Positions 1 to 9,728 are shown, counted from the stretch's first letter. The stretch: 64,000 nt of DNA from Nitrospinaceae bacterium (GCA_029261595.1 JAJDAZ010000036.1:12852-76851); one strand, 5' to 3'. Program-made: numbers and translations. The notes: a model not told the origin generated them from the letters alone.

Positions 1-319
1 TTCAACGCGAAAAAAGTCTTCCCTCGGAGACTTATTTTAAGATTCATGGTTATTATTTCAAAGCGCGCGAATTATCAGCTTCTTTGCAATAACCTTTAGC
101 CATTCCTTTTAAAAACCCGGTTCTTTTTCACCTTGAATAATCATCCCCAACGCCCGATTTCTGCGTGCTTAAATTATTCATTGCGTAATTTTTTAATTAA
201 CAACACTGTAACCCGCTCTCGACAGTTTCGTGATACCGATATCCTAATCTGGTTGAAACATTTGGGAAGAAACCTTTTATCCCGAATGAAAATATTCACC
301 GGATGAGGGATCAAGGGTT

Positions 320-787
320 ATGACTCCGAGAGAGAGCGATACAAAACATAAAAAACAAAAAAAAGAAGCGTTGGAACTTTTGTGGGAAGACATCGAAAAA
401 GCCATCCTGCAATCCCCGTCTGTACGCTTGTCCCTGACAAATTATCAGGCACTCAATGAACTAAGCGGGTCTCTCAAGGATAAGATCATTCTGAATATCG
501 ACGAACTCATGGACATGGTGAAAGAAGACGAGGAGACCACCCAAACCGCCTCTATCCCTGAGGGGGAAGAGCCACCGGAAGAAGTGTTCCGAAGGATGGT
601 GAGAGAATTGCGCGGCCATCTCATAAAATCCATTCAAACCAACCTTAATTTGGTCGAATCCTCCACCAAATTGAGCATCCAAAACCAAAAACTCCAAGAA
701 GAATTAGATCAACTGGGCCAAAAACACCATAAAGCGCTGGAAAACATCGAAAAAATTCTCATGAATATCACCAGAAACCCCAACTGA
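320..787 (+). CDS. hypothetical protein (charged, helical/coiled-coil-like)
   Basis: 155-aa ORF with a purine-rich SD-like stretch before the ATG. E/K/Q/L-rich sequence; no motif I can name. Confidence 0.45.
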   Translation: MTPRESDTKHKKQKKEALELLWEDIEKAILQSPSVRLSLTNYQALNELSGSLKDKIILNIDELMDMVKEDEETTQTASIPEGEEPPEEVFRRMVRELRGHLIKSIQTNLNLVESSTKLSIQNQKLQEELDQLGQKHHKALENIEKILMNITRNPN

Positions 788-941
788 CCTCAAACCCGAT
801 ACCAACGGATTCATAACGCCCTCACTTTAATAAAGCCATCGTTACGCCCCATCCTTAATTTTCAACCTGCCCTACCTCCTCTCCTAAGAAAAAAGCCTGA
901 AAATCCCGCATTTCCCGATAAACACCTATTTTTTGATCTCT

Positions 942-970
942 TGTCAACCGATCGCACCGTTCTGCGTTGT
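942..970 (+). promoter_or_regulatory. candidate ECF-type promoter (TGTCAAC-N16-CGTT)
   Basis: AAC (946-948) is followed after exactly 16 nt by CGT (965-967), about 50 nt upstream of the ATG at 1017. This resembles the AAC-N16/17-CGT architecture of many ECF sigma promoters. An ECF sigma gene lies just downstream of the putative target gene. Confidence 0.25.
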
Positions 971-1016
971 ATGCAGTATGAAGTTATTTTTCACCCAACA
1001 CGACAAGGAGAGAATC

Positions 1017-1424
1017 ATGATTAAAAATCTGGCCTTTGTTCCATTTATCTTTGTATCCTTAATAGCATCCCCCGTACTTGCCGATGATGATGGCCCCGGC
1101 GCAAGGATAGAAAATCACCTGGATCGCAAGGGCGACCACATCGACCGCCGTCTGGACAGGAAAGGCGACCGAATCAACGCCCGGTTGGACGAAAAAGGCG
1201 ACAGGATCAATGATCGTCTGGATGAAAGAGCCGATAGAGCCAGGGATCGGGGAAATGACCGTCTGGCGGACCATCTGGATCGAAAAGGAGATCGAATCGA
1301 TGCCCGCCTGGACCGAAAAGGCAACCGCATCGACCGCCGTCTGGACCGCAAGGGGGACCGTATCAACCATCGTCTGGATCGGAAAGGCCAACGTATCCAC
1401 AGGCGCGTGGACCGGCGGAATTGA
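1017..1424 (+). CDS. secreted protein built from about 9 tandem 11-residue repeats (consensus R-L-D-R-K-G-D-R-I-D/N-x)
   Basis: Strong SD (aaggag) about 6 nt before ATG 1017; the ORF track starts at 933, but that extension has no SD. Signal peptide MIKNLAFVPFIFVSLIASPVLADD. The remainder is a charged periodic repeat. Confidence 0.7.
   Translation: MIKNLAFVPFIFVSLIASPVLADDDGPGARIENHLDRKGDHIDRRLDRKGDRINARLDEKGDRINDRLDERADRARDRGNDRLADHLDRKGDRIDARLDRKGNRIDRRLDRKGDRINHRLDRKGQRIHRRVDRRN
1116..1421 (+). repeat. 33-bp (11-codon) tandem repeat array inside the CDS, about 9 units, degenerate at synonymous positions
   Basis: Example units: ctggatcgcaagggcgaccacatcgaccgccgt / ctggacaggaaaggcgaccgaatcaacgcccgg / ctggaccgaaaaggcaaccgcatcgaccgccgt. 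The central unit is diverged (LDERADRARDRGNDRLADH). Confidence 0.8.
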
Positions 1425-1549
1425 CCTTCCCTAAGCAGGGAAGCGGACCATCCTTGAGAATCGCTGAGAGGATCTAATAATTTATTGGCTGACATCCGCT
1501 AACTAATATAATGAATCTGTGATTTTCTCAGCGGGATTAAAATAAGCCT

Positions 1550-2104
1550 ATGCGGGATAGCCGCCGGACAATAGAAGAGTTTTTAGCATCTGTCGAACGG
1601 CGCGCTTTCCGCATGGCCCAGATTTCTACAGGAAACTCCGAGGACGCTTTGGATATTGTTCAAGATTCCATGTTCATCTGGGTGCGAAAGTACTCCGAAA
1701 AGCCGGAAGAAGAATGGCGACCGCTTTTCTTTCGAGTTTTACAAAACAAGATCCGTGATTGGCATCGCCGAAACAAGGTGCGAAATCGCTGGCGCATCTG
1801 GTTGCAACCCTGGGGGAAGTCAAATGAGGAAACAGTGGGCGAAAATTCCATTGAACATTTGGCGGACCCCGCAGTAAAGGAGATAGGAGATCAAATGGTT
1901 CTCGGCCATTCCATGCAAGCGCTGGAAGCCGCCCTTGCCGCCCTGCCCTTACGCCAACAGCAGGCTTTTCTGTTACGCGCCTGGGAGGAAATGAACGTCC
2001 GCGAAACCGCCGCCGTCATGGGGTGTTCGGAGGGATCGGTGAAAACCCATTACTCCAGGGCGGTCCATGCGTTGCGCAATTTATTGGAGGACCATCAGCT
2101 TTGA
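1550..2104 (+). CDS. ECF (sigma-70 family, group 4) RNA polymerase sigma factor
   Basis: Region 2-like DALDIVQDSMFIWVRK..FFRVLQNKIRDWHRR and region 4 HTH AFLLRAWEEMNVRETAAVMGCSEGSVKTHYSRAVHALR. 184 aa. Confidence 0.9.
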   Translation: MRDSRRTIEEFLASVERRAFRMAQISTGNSEDALDIVQDSMFIWVRKYSEKPEEEWRPLFFRVLQNKIRDWHRRNKVRNRWRIWLQPWGKSNEETVGENSIEHLADPAVKEIGDQMVLGHSMQALEAALAALPLRQQQAFLLRAWEEMNVRETAAVMGCSEGSVKTHYSRAVHALRNLLEDHQL

Positions 2105-2460
2105 AAAACCAGGACGATGAAAATTCCTTTTTGAAAAAGGTCAAACATTCCCTGGATCAGGGCGAAGAGAATATTTCCGCTGAGACTCTGTCCCGGTTGC
2201 ACCGCATTCGTCAAGAAGCACTTAATACCAAATATAATAAAAACGCCTGGGGAATAAAATGGATTCCGATGCCTTATCCCGCATTGGCGACCGCCGCTAT
2301 GGTTCTTCTGGCCGTCCTGATTTACTTGCCCGGCGACCGGGAGCAGGCTCCTGTCAACCCGCTTGACGACCTGGAAATCCTGGCTTCCAATAATTTAGAT
2401 TTTTATGAAGACCTGGATTTTTATGCCTGGCTTGCCGAGGAAGAACCCAATGCCGGTTAG
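2101..2460 (+). CDS. single-pass membrane protein, putative anti-sigma-like partner (DUF3619-like)
   Basis: In-frame TTG at 2101 overlaps the sigma stop (cTTGA). One TM helix (YPALATAAMVLLAVLIYL). The position directly after an ECF sigma is typical for anti-sigma factors. The family name comes from memory of sigma/DUF3619/DUF3106 operons. Confidence 0.5.
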   Translation: MKNQDDENSFLKKVKHSLDQGEENISAETLSRLHRIRQEALNTKYNKNAWGIKWIPMPYPALATAAMVLLAVLIYLPGDREQAPVNPLDDLEILASNNLDFYEDLDFYAWLAEEEPNAG

Positions 2461-2710
2461 ACTCTATATGATGGGGACGATTTTAATTTTAACCGTCCTC
2501 TCCGCGCCCGGTCAGGCGCAACAAACGGAATCCGCCCAGACCAGCAAACGGCAGGAAGAAAAAGGCCAGGAAATCCCCACGCTCGAATTTCTGGAGTTTC
2601 TTGGGGAATGGGAAACCCAAGACGGCCGATGGATCGACCCTGAGGAATTGGACAAAATGTCCCTGCCAGAATCAAAAAAGAATAACGAGGAAGAAGATGA
2701 AACAAATTAG
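2450..2710 (+). CDS. small secreted acidic protein, unknown function
   Basis: ATG 2450 preceded by gaggaag and overlapping the upstream stop. Signal peptide MPVRLYMMGTILILTVLSAPGQAQQ. E/D-rich mature part. Confidence 0.5.
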   Translation: MPVRLYMMGTILILTVLSAPGQAQQTESAQTSKRQEEKGQEIPTLEFLEFLGEWETQDGRWIDPEELDKMSLPESKKNNEEEDETN

Positions 2711-3284
2711 CTTGGCGTTATTGATCGCGTGGTTTCTTTTGCTGGCGGGCGCTCCCGAAATTTCCGCCCAGGAACAAAATGCCCCCTGGGATCAACTGAG
2801 CACAGCTGAAAAACAGGTTCTGGAGCCTTTTAGAGACCGATGGAGGGACTTTCCCGCATCCAAACAGAAACGTCTGCAAAAGGGCGCCAACCGTTGGGCT
2901 AATTTGCCGCCAGAGGAACGCGGAACCGTCAAAAAGCGATTTCAACGCTGGAAAAATTTAAGCCCAAAGCAGAGAGCAAGAGTTCGCGCCAAATTTCAGG
3001 ATTTCAAAAGATTGCCGCGAAACAAGCAGGACCGGATACGCCGGGCGCGCCACTGGTTCCGCAATTTGCCCGAAGAGCGCAAGGAAAAATTACGGCAACG
3101 CTGGAATAACATCCCGCCGGAAAAACGCTCCACCTGGCGTAAAAAGCGGCGACAAAAAATCGAACAGGATCAGAAAAATCATTTGAACGGGTTTGACAAA
3201 AACAGGTTCAATAGAAAAAATGACCGCAACCGGCTCAAACCCAGGTCACCAAGACCCAACCATCAACCCCGGCGAGACCGTTGA
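2697..3284 (+). CDS. DUF3106-like secreted protein with repeated RW..L.P..R motifs
   Basis: ATG 2697 after gaggaag, overlapping the upstream gene. Signal peptide MKQISLALLIAWFLLLAGAPEISAQ. Repeats: RWANLPPEER, RWKNLSPKQR, FKRLPRNKQ, WFRNLPEERK, RWNNIPPEKR. Confidence 0.7.
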   Translation: MKQISLALLIAWFLLLAGAPEISAQEQNAPWDQLSTAEKQVLEPFRDRWRDFPASKQKRLQKGANRWANLPPEERGTVKKRFQRWKNLSPKQRARVRAKFQDFKRLPRNKQDRIRRARHWFRNLPEERKEKLRQRWNNIPPEKRSTWRKKRRQKIEQDQKNHLNGFDKNRFNRKNDRNRLKPRSPRPNHQPRRDR

Positions 3285-3375
3285 TGCCACACAGACCAAA
3301 ACCAGGCATTGACTAACGAAATAGATTTCCCCCCCGGCTATTAATCAAAAATTTTCGCTATCCTCAATCCATCTA

Positions 3376-3403
3376 AAATGGCTCGGGGAGCCATTATTTT
3401 ATC
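3376..3403 (+). terminator. candidate intrinsic terminator of the ECF operon
   Basis: aatggctc-ggg-gagccatt hairpin (3378-3396) followed by a T-rich stretch (attttat). Confidence 0.4.
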
Positions 3404-3916
3404 AAACCTCACTTAATTTTGCGGTCAGCGACCGGGCAACGAATTAACTTGCCCTGGTCTTTGGCTCTCTTCCCCGCTTTCTCAACCTTGCTCCTCGCCA
3501 TCGGCGAGAAAACACCAGCAATGGAAAATATTACAAAGGACTTGTTGTATATTACGACTCATTACTTTACAATGAATATATAAGTAAATATAAAAACAAC
3601 ATCTATATAACTGAAAATTTTCACCCTTAAGAAGATTGAACAGAATTTTGGACCACTTATTTCTTATTAGCGTTCTATAAAGCAAAATGGATAAACAGTT
3701 TTTTATCTCCAATCATCTTGAATAAAATTTTTACCGGAGATAAAACTCGCCCCTGCGGTGCTGGCGGATGGGAATTTGGCCTTGGCGTACCGGTGGGGTT
3801 GAACGAGGAGTCGGATAATTACAGGGTCATCGCAAAGTTGATTTTTGAGTTTGATACCCCGGATTAGCACACGGATTCATAAGATGAAAGAATCAAAGTA
3901 CCAGCTAATCTGAAGG

Positions 3917-6242
3917 ATGATTGAAAGGCAAACAATGCAAATTGGAAATAAACTGATATTAAGCTTCGGCTTCGCCAATCTTACAATATTAGGACTGGCA
4001 GGCGTCCTCATCTGGTCAAACCATCAGTTGACGACTCAGCGGGAAGTGGTGCACCATTCTTTCACGCAATTGGTCGGAATCCAGCACCTGTACAACGACA
4101 TCCATAGGCAGGCAAAGGAAGCGAGTGATTATATCCTTTTTGGAGAATCCGAACGGGAAGAGTATCTGGAGTTTGCAGAAAAGGTCGAAGCTTCCATTGA
4201 TGAATGGGAGCAAAATATTAAAAAAGACACGGCAAATGGTATTGGCAACACGAACGAAGAATTAGACCAGGTGGCGACCCTGAGGAACAATTATAAAATT
4301 TTTAGCCGTTCCATTGCCAAAATTTTCCAGCGCGTAAAAGAGGGCCAATCCGATTTGGTTGCCGATGAATTTGAGATGTTAATTGAAAATCACATGGAGA
4401 ATAAAATTTTCGGTGAACTGGGCAAAGCCATTCTAATAGAACAGAATGAAGTAAGTGAAGTGACAAATAAAGCTAACAGGCTATCTGCAGACATCAAGAC
4501 AATAACCGTTTTCGTGGTGGCAGTTACCTTAGTATTTTGTCTCCTTATTTTAATGGCCCTTATTAAATCGATAAAGCAACCGATCGAAAAACTGAAAAAC
4601 GCGGCTTTAGAAATAGGAAAAGGCCGGTTTGACACCAGAATAGACATCGACTCCAAAGATGAAATTGGGATACTGGCGCAATCATTTAAAAAAATGATCG
4701 CGGACTTGCGTGCCACTACGGTTTCAAAAAATTATGTGAACAACATAATCAAAACCATGAGCAACACCCTGATGATCGTGAATTCGGACAAGCGAATTTT
4801 AGATGTGAATCCCGCGACTTGTGATCTTTTGGAGTACCGAAAAGAAGAACTCATCGACCTGCCTTTAAAAGCAGTTTTTCCCAAAGAACTTTATGGACTC
4901 AAAGAAGGTGAAAATCTTGATTTGATAAAGAACGGCGACCTTACATTTAAGGTAAATTTTTCTTATTTCCAAAAGCGGTAAAAAAATCCAGTTTCATACT
5001 CGAAGTCTATTTTACGGGATGACGAAGGAAAATCTCAGGGAGTGGTTTTTGTTGCACAGGATATCAGTCAACTAAAGTTGACGGAAGAAAAGTTAATCCT
5101 GGCCAAAGAAGTCGCGGAGAAAGCCAGCCGTTCAAAATCCGAATTTCTTTCCCGCATGAGCCATGAACTGCGTACGCCCATGAACGCTATCTTGGGCTTT
5201 AGCCAGCTTTTGGGATACGATACCGATGAACTACTAACCGACTCCCAGAAAAGCAACGTTAAGGAAATTATGAAAGCGGGGGATCATCTTCTGGAGTTGA
5301 TCAATGAAGTTTTGGACCTCTCCCGCATTGAATCCGGCAAATTGACCCTGTCCATTGAAGATTTTCCCGTATTGAATGTGATCGACGATGCACTCATTCT
5401 AATCGGTCCCATGGCGGAGAAACGAAACATCCAAATCACCAGCCATCTCTCGGATTTCAGTGTTCATGCCGATCCCACCCGTTTTAAACAGGTATTGCTG
5501 AACCTGCTTTCAAACGCGGTAAAATACAACCGGGAAGGCGGTGCCGTCACTTTGGATTCCAAAAAAACCGATGAAGGCAGGATACGTATCGATATCACCG
5601 ATACAGGTATTGGCATCCCGAAGGATAAACAGCATCTTATATTCCAGCCATTCCACCGGCTGGACGCTCACGATTACAAAACGGCTGATCGAAATGATGA
5701 AAGGAAACATCTCCATGAAAAGCGATCCAGGAAAGGGCAGTTGTTTTTCAATCGAAATCCCGGAGGGAAAACAGTGGGACTCGGGAAAAGAAGAAAAGGT
5801 AATGATCCCCATCCCTAAAAAAGATGAAAAAACGGGAGAACAAAAATGGACACTGCTTTATGTGGAAGATAACGCGGCCAATTTAATGCTGATCGAGCGA
5901 ATTTTCAAAACGAGACCGGATTTTAAAATGCTCTCCGCCTCCCGAGCACGATTAGGAATCGATCTGGCCCGCGCCCACCATCCCGACCTGATCCTCATGG
6001 ATCTCCATATGCCGGAAATGGACGGCCTTACGGCAATGAAAACACTTCAGGAATGCGAGGAAACCCGCGACATTCCAGTTTTCGCAGTCACTGCGAACGC
6101 GATGGAATCTGCGGTCGAAAAAGGTCTGGAAGCTGGATTTAAAGCGTATATTACAAAGCCAATTAACATCACAAATTTATTTATTGAAATCGACCGTTTC
6201 CTGAAACCGGAAAACCCGCCTCTGGTGGAATCAACCAAATAG
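3917..6242 (+). pseudogene. hybrid sensor histidine kinase (TM-sensor-TM-HAMP-PAS-HisKA-HATPase-receiver) disrupted by an in-frame stop and an internal deletion/frameshift
   Basis: Piece 1 (3917-4981) ends at TAA 4979-4981 inside the PAS domain. The same frame continues with [32 protein letters not shown], His[17 protein letters not shown] box [10 protein letters not shown]1 DTGIGIP and FQPFHRLDA. At about 5666-5670 the sense frame shifts to the 5541-6242 frame ([31 protein letters not shown], then receiver LLYVEDNAANL..LILMDLHMPEMDG..ITKP). The G2 box (GxGxGL) is missing at the junction. Confidence 0.75.
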
Positions 6243-6264
6243 AGGGCTGATGGACTTATGAAAG

Positions 6265-7881
6265 TTACTTTGCAATACGTCTGAAAGACCCTGTGCCTTT
6301 ATCATTTCGACTGAATAAAGGAATTTCCACTGACCCCATGTCAAGGTCCTGGGGCGTCAGGAAGGAGAGGCTTGAGCGGAGAGAGGCATCATTTGATTTT
6401 ATTTGTTTTTCAGGCAAACGGATGCGAAACGTGACACCATACTCCGAATGTTGTTTAACGGATATTTCGCCCCCATGGCGCGTCACAATTTTATTGCAAA
6501 TGGTCAGACCAATACCCGTCCCTTCGTAAGTACCACGTCCATGCAACCGCTCAAACGGTTTAAAAATTTTATCCACATACTGTTCTTCTATTCCAACGCC
6601 ATTATCTTCCACGGTTATCTCCCACATTCCATCCGCATCGCGTGAACTGTCCAGGCTGATAACAGGACCGACACCTTCTCTGTGAAATTTGAGACCATTC
6701 CCAATCAAGTTCAGAAACAATTGATACATTTGCATTGCATCCGCTTCGATGACCGGCAAACTCTTAATATGGACCGTCCCTTGGGTTTCAACCATTCGAG
6801 TCTCTAAATCTTCCAATACTCTTTGAACCACCCCATTCAAATCAGTGGGTTCACAGGCATTTTCTTTGGTTCCCAGCTGGGTGAATTGCAGAAGATCCTC
6901 AATGAAAGATTTCATTCTTGCCGTGGATTTCTGTATGCGTTCTAAATGCGCCATTCCCTTGTCATCCTCTTTTGAGATCGAGGACTTCAAAAGATCCCCA
7001 AAGGATAAAATTTTCCTTAAAGGCTCCTGAAGGTCATGAGACGCGATGTGGGCAAAGTCCTGAAGGTCCTGATTACTCTCTTCCAGTTTTTTCGCGTAAG
7101 CATTCATCCTTTGCTGATCCTGATCTCGTCGTGTCGCCATTTTCCTGATGGACTCTGCCAACGTGGAAAGTTCGTCACGACCATTCACCCCGACCGGTGC
7201 TTTAAAGTCGCCATTTGCAAACTGGTTCATTGTGGAAACTAATTTGCGAACTCGTTTTGTCATTTGAAAATGAAAAAATATTCCCAGTAGGACCATCAAC
7301 AGACTGAGAATGAATACAAACTGATAAACTTGCATTTTCACCAAAGCCAATGCCCTGGCCTTAGGAACACTCAGATCTACCTGAGCAAGCAAAATTCCCA
7401 CACTCACATTCCTGGAACCAATAGTTTTAGAGGCAAATTTTACAGGATAGACACCTAAAATACACTGTTTGTCAGCACTTAAAAAAGTTGTTCCCGCGTA
7501 TCCAGTTTTGGCAAGTTCTGCTTGTTTTTCAATAATTTCTATGCTCCCATGCGAAATAATCTTTTTCCAATTCTGATCAATCTCTCCCAATTTTGTTCCC
7601 GCAATGACCTTTCCAGCGGCATCTATCAGAACCAGAGTCTTAAGGTGCGGAACGGACCCATAACCTGAAATATCCTTTTGCAACCACTCCCATTCACCTT
7701 TCCGCAAGGCACGCTCCGTAGCCTCCTGCAGGCGGGTCATCATGTTAGTGATATCTTTCATCAAATGAGTTTCTGTATTTTTCACTGCTACCTGACCACT
7801 GGTAAAAAAAACCCAGAACGCGATTACACAGGTAAAGACAGCCAGCACAATGGGAATAGTGAAGCGTAGAGAGAGTTTCAT
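6265..7881 (-). CDS. sensor histidine kinase (periplasmic sensor domain, HAMP, HisKA, HATPase_c)
   Basis: Two TM segments flank a domain of about 170 aa. HAMP region, H box FAHIASHDLQEPLRK, N box LNLIGNGLKFH, G boxes DNGVGI and GTGIGLTICNKIV. Confidence 0.85.
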   Translation of the reverse strand: MKLSLRFTIPIVLAVFTCVIAFWVFFTSGQVAVKNTETHLMKDITNMMTRLQEATERALRKGEWEWLQKDISGYGSVPHLKTLVLIDAAGKVIAGTKLGEIDQNWKKIISHGSIEIIEKQAELAKTGYAGTTFLSADKQCILGVYPVKFASKTIGSRNVSVGILLAQVDLSVPKARALALVKMQVYQFVFILSLLMVLLGIFFHFQMTKRVRKLVSTMNQFANGDFKAPVGVNGRDELSTLAESIRKMATRRDQDQQRMNAYAKKLEESNQDLQDFAHIASHDLQEPLRKILSFGDLLKSSISKEDDKGMAHLERIQKSTARMKSFIEDLLQFTQLGTKENACEPTDLNGVVQRVLEDLETRMVETQGTVHIKSLPVIEADAMQMYQLFLNLIGNGLKFHREGVGPVISLDSSRDADGMWEITVEDNGVGIEEQYVDKIFKPFERLHGRGTYEGTGIGLTICNKIVTRHGGEISVKQHSEYGVTFRIRLPEKQIKSNDASLRSSLSFLTPQDLDMGSVEIPLFSRNDKGTGSFRRIAK

Positions 7882-7923
7882 CTAACAGGCTTATTTCGAA
7901 AGATTATTATTTATATAGTGTCT

Positions 7924-8949
7924 TTAACGGAACTCCTTGAGCTTTTCAATTGCCATGGGGTGAATAAAATATTGCAGGTCCACCTCATGCTGTAATAATT
8001 TTGCATCCAACATAAACTTGGAAAGTCTCTTAGCCGATTCCAATAAACTGGAATCCAAGCCGGACATCATTTTGAGGTTGTCTTCAAGGTTGGGTAATTT
8101 CAAGCCGGTATAGGAGGCAAGAACTTCTTCTGGAGAAATTTTTAAGCGCTTACTAATCAGGGGGGCCGCGTCTTTTGGTTTTGTCTTTAAATGATCCAGC
8201 GCCCGGAACCATCCTTTTAAGAGTTGTTCCACCTGGTCAGGATGGCGTTCAAGCAACTCCTGTAAAACTACCAGAACGTCAACAATTTCGCCGGGTATCT
8301 GGGAACTGTCAAACACTTGTTTAGCCCCTTGGGCGATCAGGCGGGTACGTACCGGTTCAAACGTAACAACGGCATCGACCTTACCCTCCAAATACTTACG
8401 ATACTGTTCATCAATTTCACAGGGAACAATATTAACATCTGAGGGCTTAAGCCCCACAGTTTGCAGGGCTCGGGTGAGAAAAAAACCACCAAGCGCCGTG
8501 CTCTCTACGCAAACCCTATGCCCACGAATCCCTTCGAGGCTTTCGATTTCCGGTTTGACAAGAATGGCATCTCCACCGTTGGAAATGTCCATCACCAGAA
8601 TCACGCGCGGATCGAGCCGACTCTCCTGTAACAATAACACTTCGTCTAAGGTAAGGGCCGCGACTTGAATCGCGCGGTTGCGAAACGCGTGAATCACCTG
8701 GGTCGCTGAGAAATATTCAACCAGCCGAACACGACGGTCGTCAAAATACCCAAGTTCACGGGCCAGAAAGAGGGGTTCGTATCCGGGCCAGACATTGGCT
8801 CCGACCTGGAGCACTGGGGTCAATATCTCACCGTTGTCCCGCAAATTCTCATTGGTAATTTTCCAGGTTCTGCCCACATAAATCACCACTGATAAAAGCA
8901 GCACAACCAGGAAAACACTTAGGATCTTGGCTGACTTTTTTTTGCTCAT
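7924..8949 (-). CDS. periplasmic substrate-binding protein, NMT1/NitT-TauT (nitrate/sulfonate/bicarbonate-like) family
   Basis: N-terminal anchor MSKKKSAKILSVFLVVLLLSVVIYV. Overall similarity to the ABC-type SsuA/TauA/NrtA fold (GANVWPGYEPLFLA..). Immediately upstream of the kinase gene on the same strand. Confidence 0.7.
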   Translation of the reverse strand: MSKKKSAKILSVFLVVLLLSVVIYVGRTWKITNENLRDNGEILTPVLQVGANVWPGYEPLFLARELGYFDDRRVRLVEYFSATQVIHAFRNRAIQVAALTLDEVLLLQESRLDPRVILVMDISNGGDAILVKPEIESLEGIRGHRVCVESTALGGFFLTRALQTVGLKPSDVNIVPCEIDEQYRKYLEGKVDAVVTFEPVRTRLIAQGAKQVFDSSQIPGEIVDVLVVLQELLERHPDQVEQLLKGWFRALDHLKTKPKDAAPLISKRLKISPEEVLASYTGLKLPNLEDNLKMMSGLDSSLLESAKRLSKFMLDAKLLQHEVDLQYFIHPMAIEKLKEFR

Positions 8950-9195
8950 TTGCTATTCACTTTTCTCATATTGAACATAACTACCAACGGAGCAAATGCA
9001 CCACATTGTCTCACATAGCCTGCAAACTCTTCAACCGCTATAATTTTCCTTCAGGGTTTGTATAAGAATGTTTTTATTAAAAACTTAGGAAAGTCGGCGG
9101 CAAAAGTTGCTGTCCCTATGGGTACTTTTTTAGGAGTCACCCGTCCAGCTCCGGTAAAATATTATTGCGAACACATAATGCGCGCAGGGTCAAAA

Positions 9196-9717
9196 TCAGC
9201 CGGCTAGCTGTTTCATCAAGGCATCGATCATGGTGGGGATTTTTGCGCGGGGTTTTTCGGCGACCAGGAGGCCGTCTGCAAAATCATCGTAACTGGTATA
9301 GACGATGGGGTGGACAGTCATCACGCCCGATTCGTAATACAACACATTGATCAAATCCCCCGACGACATGAAGGACCGGTTGCCCCCGGCATTACACAGA
9401 ATTCCCGCGATCTTGTTTTCGAGAGCGCCTGCGGTGATGTCGATCAGGTTCTTGACCACGCCGGACATCGACCAGCAATAGACCGGCATGCCGAAAATAA
9501 AACCGTCGGCGGACTCCAGCAGCCGATACGCTCTCTGCATGTCCTCGTTGTAATCCGCAAGGTTCCTGCCGTCGCAAAATTGCAGATCGAGGGCGCGAAG
9601 GTCCAGGGTTTCAAAGTCGATGTTTCTAGACTTTAACTCCATCTCGGTTTGCGCCACCACAACAGCGGTTTTGGACTCCGGGTTCAGGCTTCCCTGCACG
9701 ATCACAATTTTTGACAT
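9196..9717 (-). CDS. NAD(P)H-dependent FMN reductase family flavoprotein
   Basis: MSKIVIVQGSLNPESKT.. N-terminus and the ..FGMPVYCWSMSGVVKNLID.. pattern typical of FMN_red proteins. GAGG SD 6 nt upstream. Confidence 0.75.
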   Translation of the reverse strand: MSKIVIVQGSLNPESKTAVVVAQTEMELKSRNIDFETLDLRALDLQFCDGRNLADYNEDMQRAYRLLESADGFIFGMPVYCWSMSGVVKNLIDITAGALENKIAGILCNAGGNRSFMSSGDLINVLYYESGVMTVHPIVYTSYDDFADGLLVAEKPRAKIPTMIDALMKQLAG

Positions 9718-9728
9718 CGGCTGACCTC

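Noticed and set aside
1-319. Possible partial genes at the left edge (plus-frame stop at 97-99; minus-strand ATG at 48-46)
   Set aside because: Fewer than 35 codons are visible, there is no SD and no motif. Cannot be supported.
1116-1421. Regular 33-bp repeats as a possible CRISPR-like array
   Set aside because: The units are contiguous with no spacers, lie in one long ORF with a signal peptide, and vary at synonymous sites. This is a protein-coding tandem repeat.
3482-3712. 76-aa ORF in the AT-rich spacer upstream of the hybrid kinase
   Set aside because: Extremely AT-rich, Cys/Tyr/Ile-rich improbable peptide with no SD. It looks like promoter/spacer DNA.
3721-3868. GC-richer stretch translating to ..GWEFGLGVPVGLNEESDNYRVIAKLIFEFDTPD* that might be a relic of a gene's 3' end
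   Set aside because: No start codon, only about 47 codons, and no motif I can identify. Not supportable without a database search.
4979-4981. Stop-codon reassignment or read-through as an explanation for the in-frame TAA codons here and at 42702-42704
   Set aside because: TAA, TAG and TGA all terminate many well-defined genes in the window at expected protein lengths, so there is no sign of recoding. Mutation or rearrangement is simpler.
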